Shown here one piece after another: positions 63,696 to 64,000 of a stretch of DNA of 64,000 bases (position 1 is the stretch's first letter; each line of letters starts with the position of its first letter). A program made the translations under genes and the position numbers. This DNA comes from Candidatus Syntropharchaeum sp. GTDB taxonomy: Archaea; Halobacteriota; Syntropharchaeia; Syntropharchaeales; Syntropharchaeaceae. Below the pieces are notes generated by a model, which saw only the letters and a list, made by a program, of their open reading frames with translations, made no database searches and was not told the origin of the DNA. The DNA lies in contig JAOQII010000002.1 of assembly GCA_026134025.1 (NCBI GenBank), positions 6,008 through 70,007 on the forward strand, given 5' to 3'.

Positions 63696-64000
63696 CCAAT
63701 ATACCTTCTTATTGCATCCACCCGATCATCAGGCGAGAATATCACGAGACGATCGCCTGCCCTGATCAACGTATCACCTCTTGGGATTATTATACCTTCC
63801 TCCCTAAGTATCGCTATGATGATGCCGCCAGGCAACGTGATATCTGAAAGTCCAACCCCAATCAACCTGTGGTGAGGGGGTATAGGTACCTCGAAGATTC
63901 TTGTCCCATAGATCGGTGACCTGTCAACCGCGCGTTTTCTTCTTGATGCGATCACATCACCTGCCATCGCCTTCACATGCGCCCTTGCGATATCAGACCT
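63686..64000 (-). CDS. TrkA-C (RCK_C) domain-containing protein, C-terminal part; 5' end lies outside the window
   Basis: 'IFEVPIPPHHRLIGVGLSDITLPGGIIIAILREEGIIIPRGDTLIRAGDRLVIFS' is a typical RCK_C domain. The frame is open to the window edge. Confidence 0.7.
   Translation of the reverse strand, partial: RSDIARAHVKAMAGDVIASRRKRAVDRSPIYGTRIFEVPIPPHHRLIGVGLSDITLPGGIIIAILREEGIIIPRGDTLIRAGDRLVIFSPDDRVDAIRRYIGWR

Noticed and set aside
63204-63875. 223-aa plus-strand ORF
   Set aside because: It is a shadow ORF opposite the 159-aa hypothetical protein gene and the TrkA-C gene. It has no motif support.
1-64000. Looked for CRISPR arrays, IS elements or transposases, integrases, rRNA genes and prophage-like genes
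   Set aside because: No direct-repeat/spacer periodicity, no terminal inverted repeats flanking a transposase-like ORF, and no recognisable integrase or rRNA sequence were seen. This was only an inspection by eye, so short or degenerate elements could have been missed.

Overview
This is an archaeal chromosomal segment. It looks euryarchaeal, of the Methanosarcinales / ANME-2d / Syntrophoarchaeum type, judging from the cdhABC-cooC-cdhDE gene order, a Fae-Hps fusion, an Fpo/Fqo-type complex, AglB, aIF-1A and a PGF-CTERM multihaem cytochrome. I count about 60 protein genes and one tRNA-Asp. I saw no rRNA, CRISPR array, transposase or integrase.

Layout:
- cobQ fragment and cobS.
- CODH/ACS operon (1.3-9.2 kb).
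- uvrA on the minus strand.
- A 28-kb run of co-directional genes (12.4-40.7 kb): (i) an HdrD-like FeS protein, etfBA and an acyl-CoA dehydrogenase; (ii) a 12-gene Fpo/Fqo-like relative of complex I, with NuoB-C-D fused and an FpoF-like subunit attached; (iii) an MvhD / FrhB-FdhB-like / truncated molybdopterin-protein module; (iv) a six-gene operon (30.8-36.5 kb), described below; (v) tRNA-Asp and a three-domain sugar-nucleotide fusion protein.
- glnA and lrp, a nonahaem cytochrome c, aglB, and a FlaI/FlaJ-type pilus-like locus with no recognisable pilin.
- Housekeeping genes: ahcY, rio1, aIF-1A, a RibD-type reductase and fae-hps.
- A second beta-oxidation operon: acyl-CoA dehydrogenase, crotonase, DUF35 protein and thiolase.

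The most unusual part is operon (iv). It is centred on an orphan McrA homologue with altered active-site positions. Its neighbours are unrecognisable proteins, an SCP2-like protein and a U32-family protein (the O2-independent hydroxylase family). No recognisable mcrB or mcrG is present.

All homology calls are by-eye motif recognition from the translated ORFs, with no searches run. Several starts are re-assigned relative to the ORF track.
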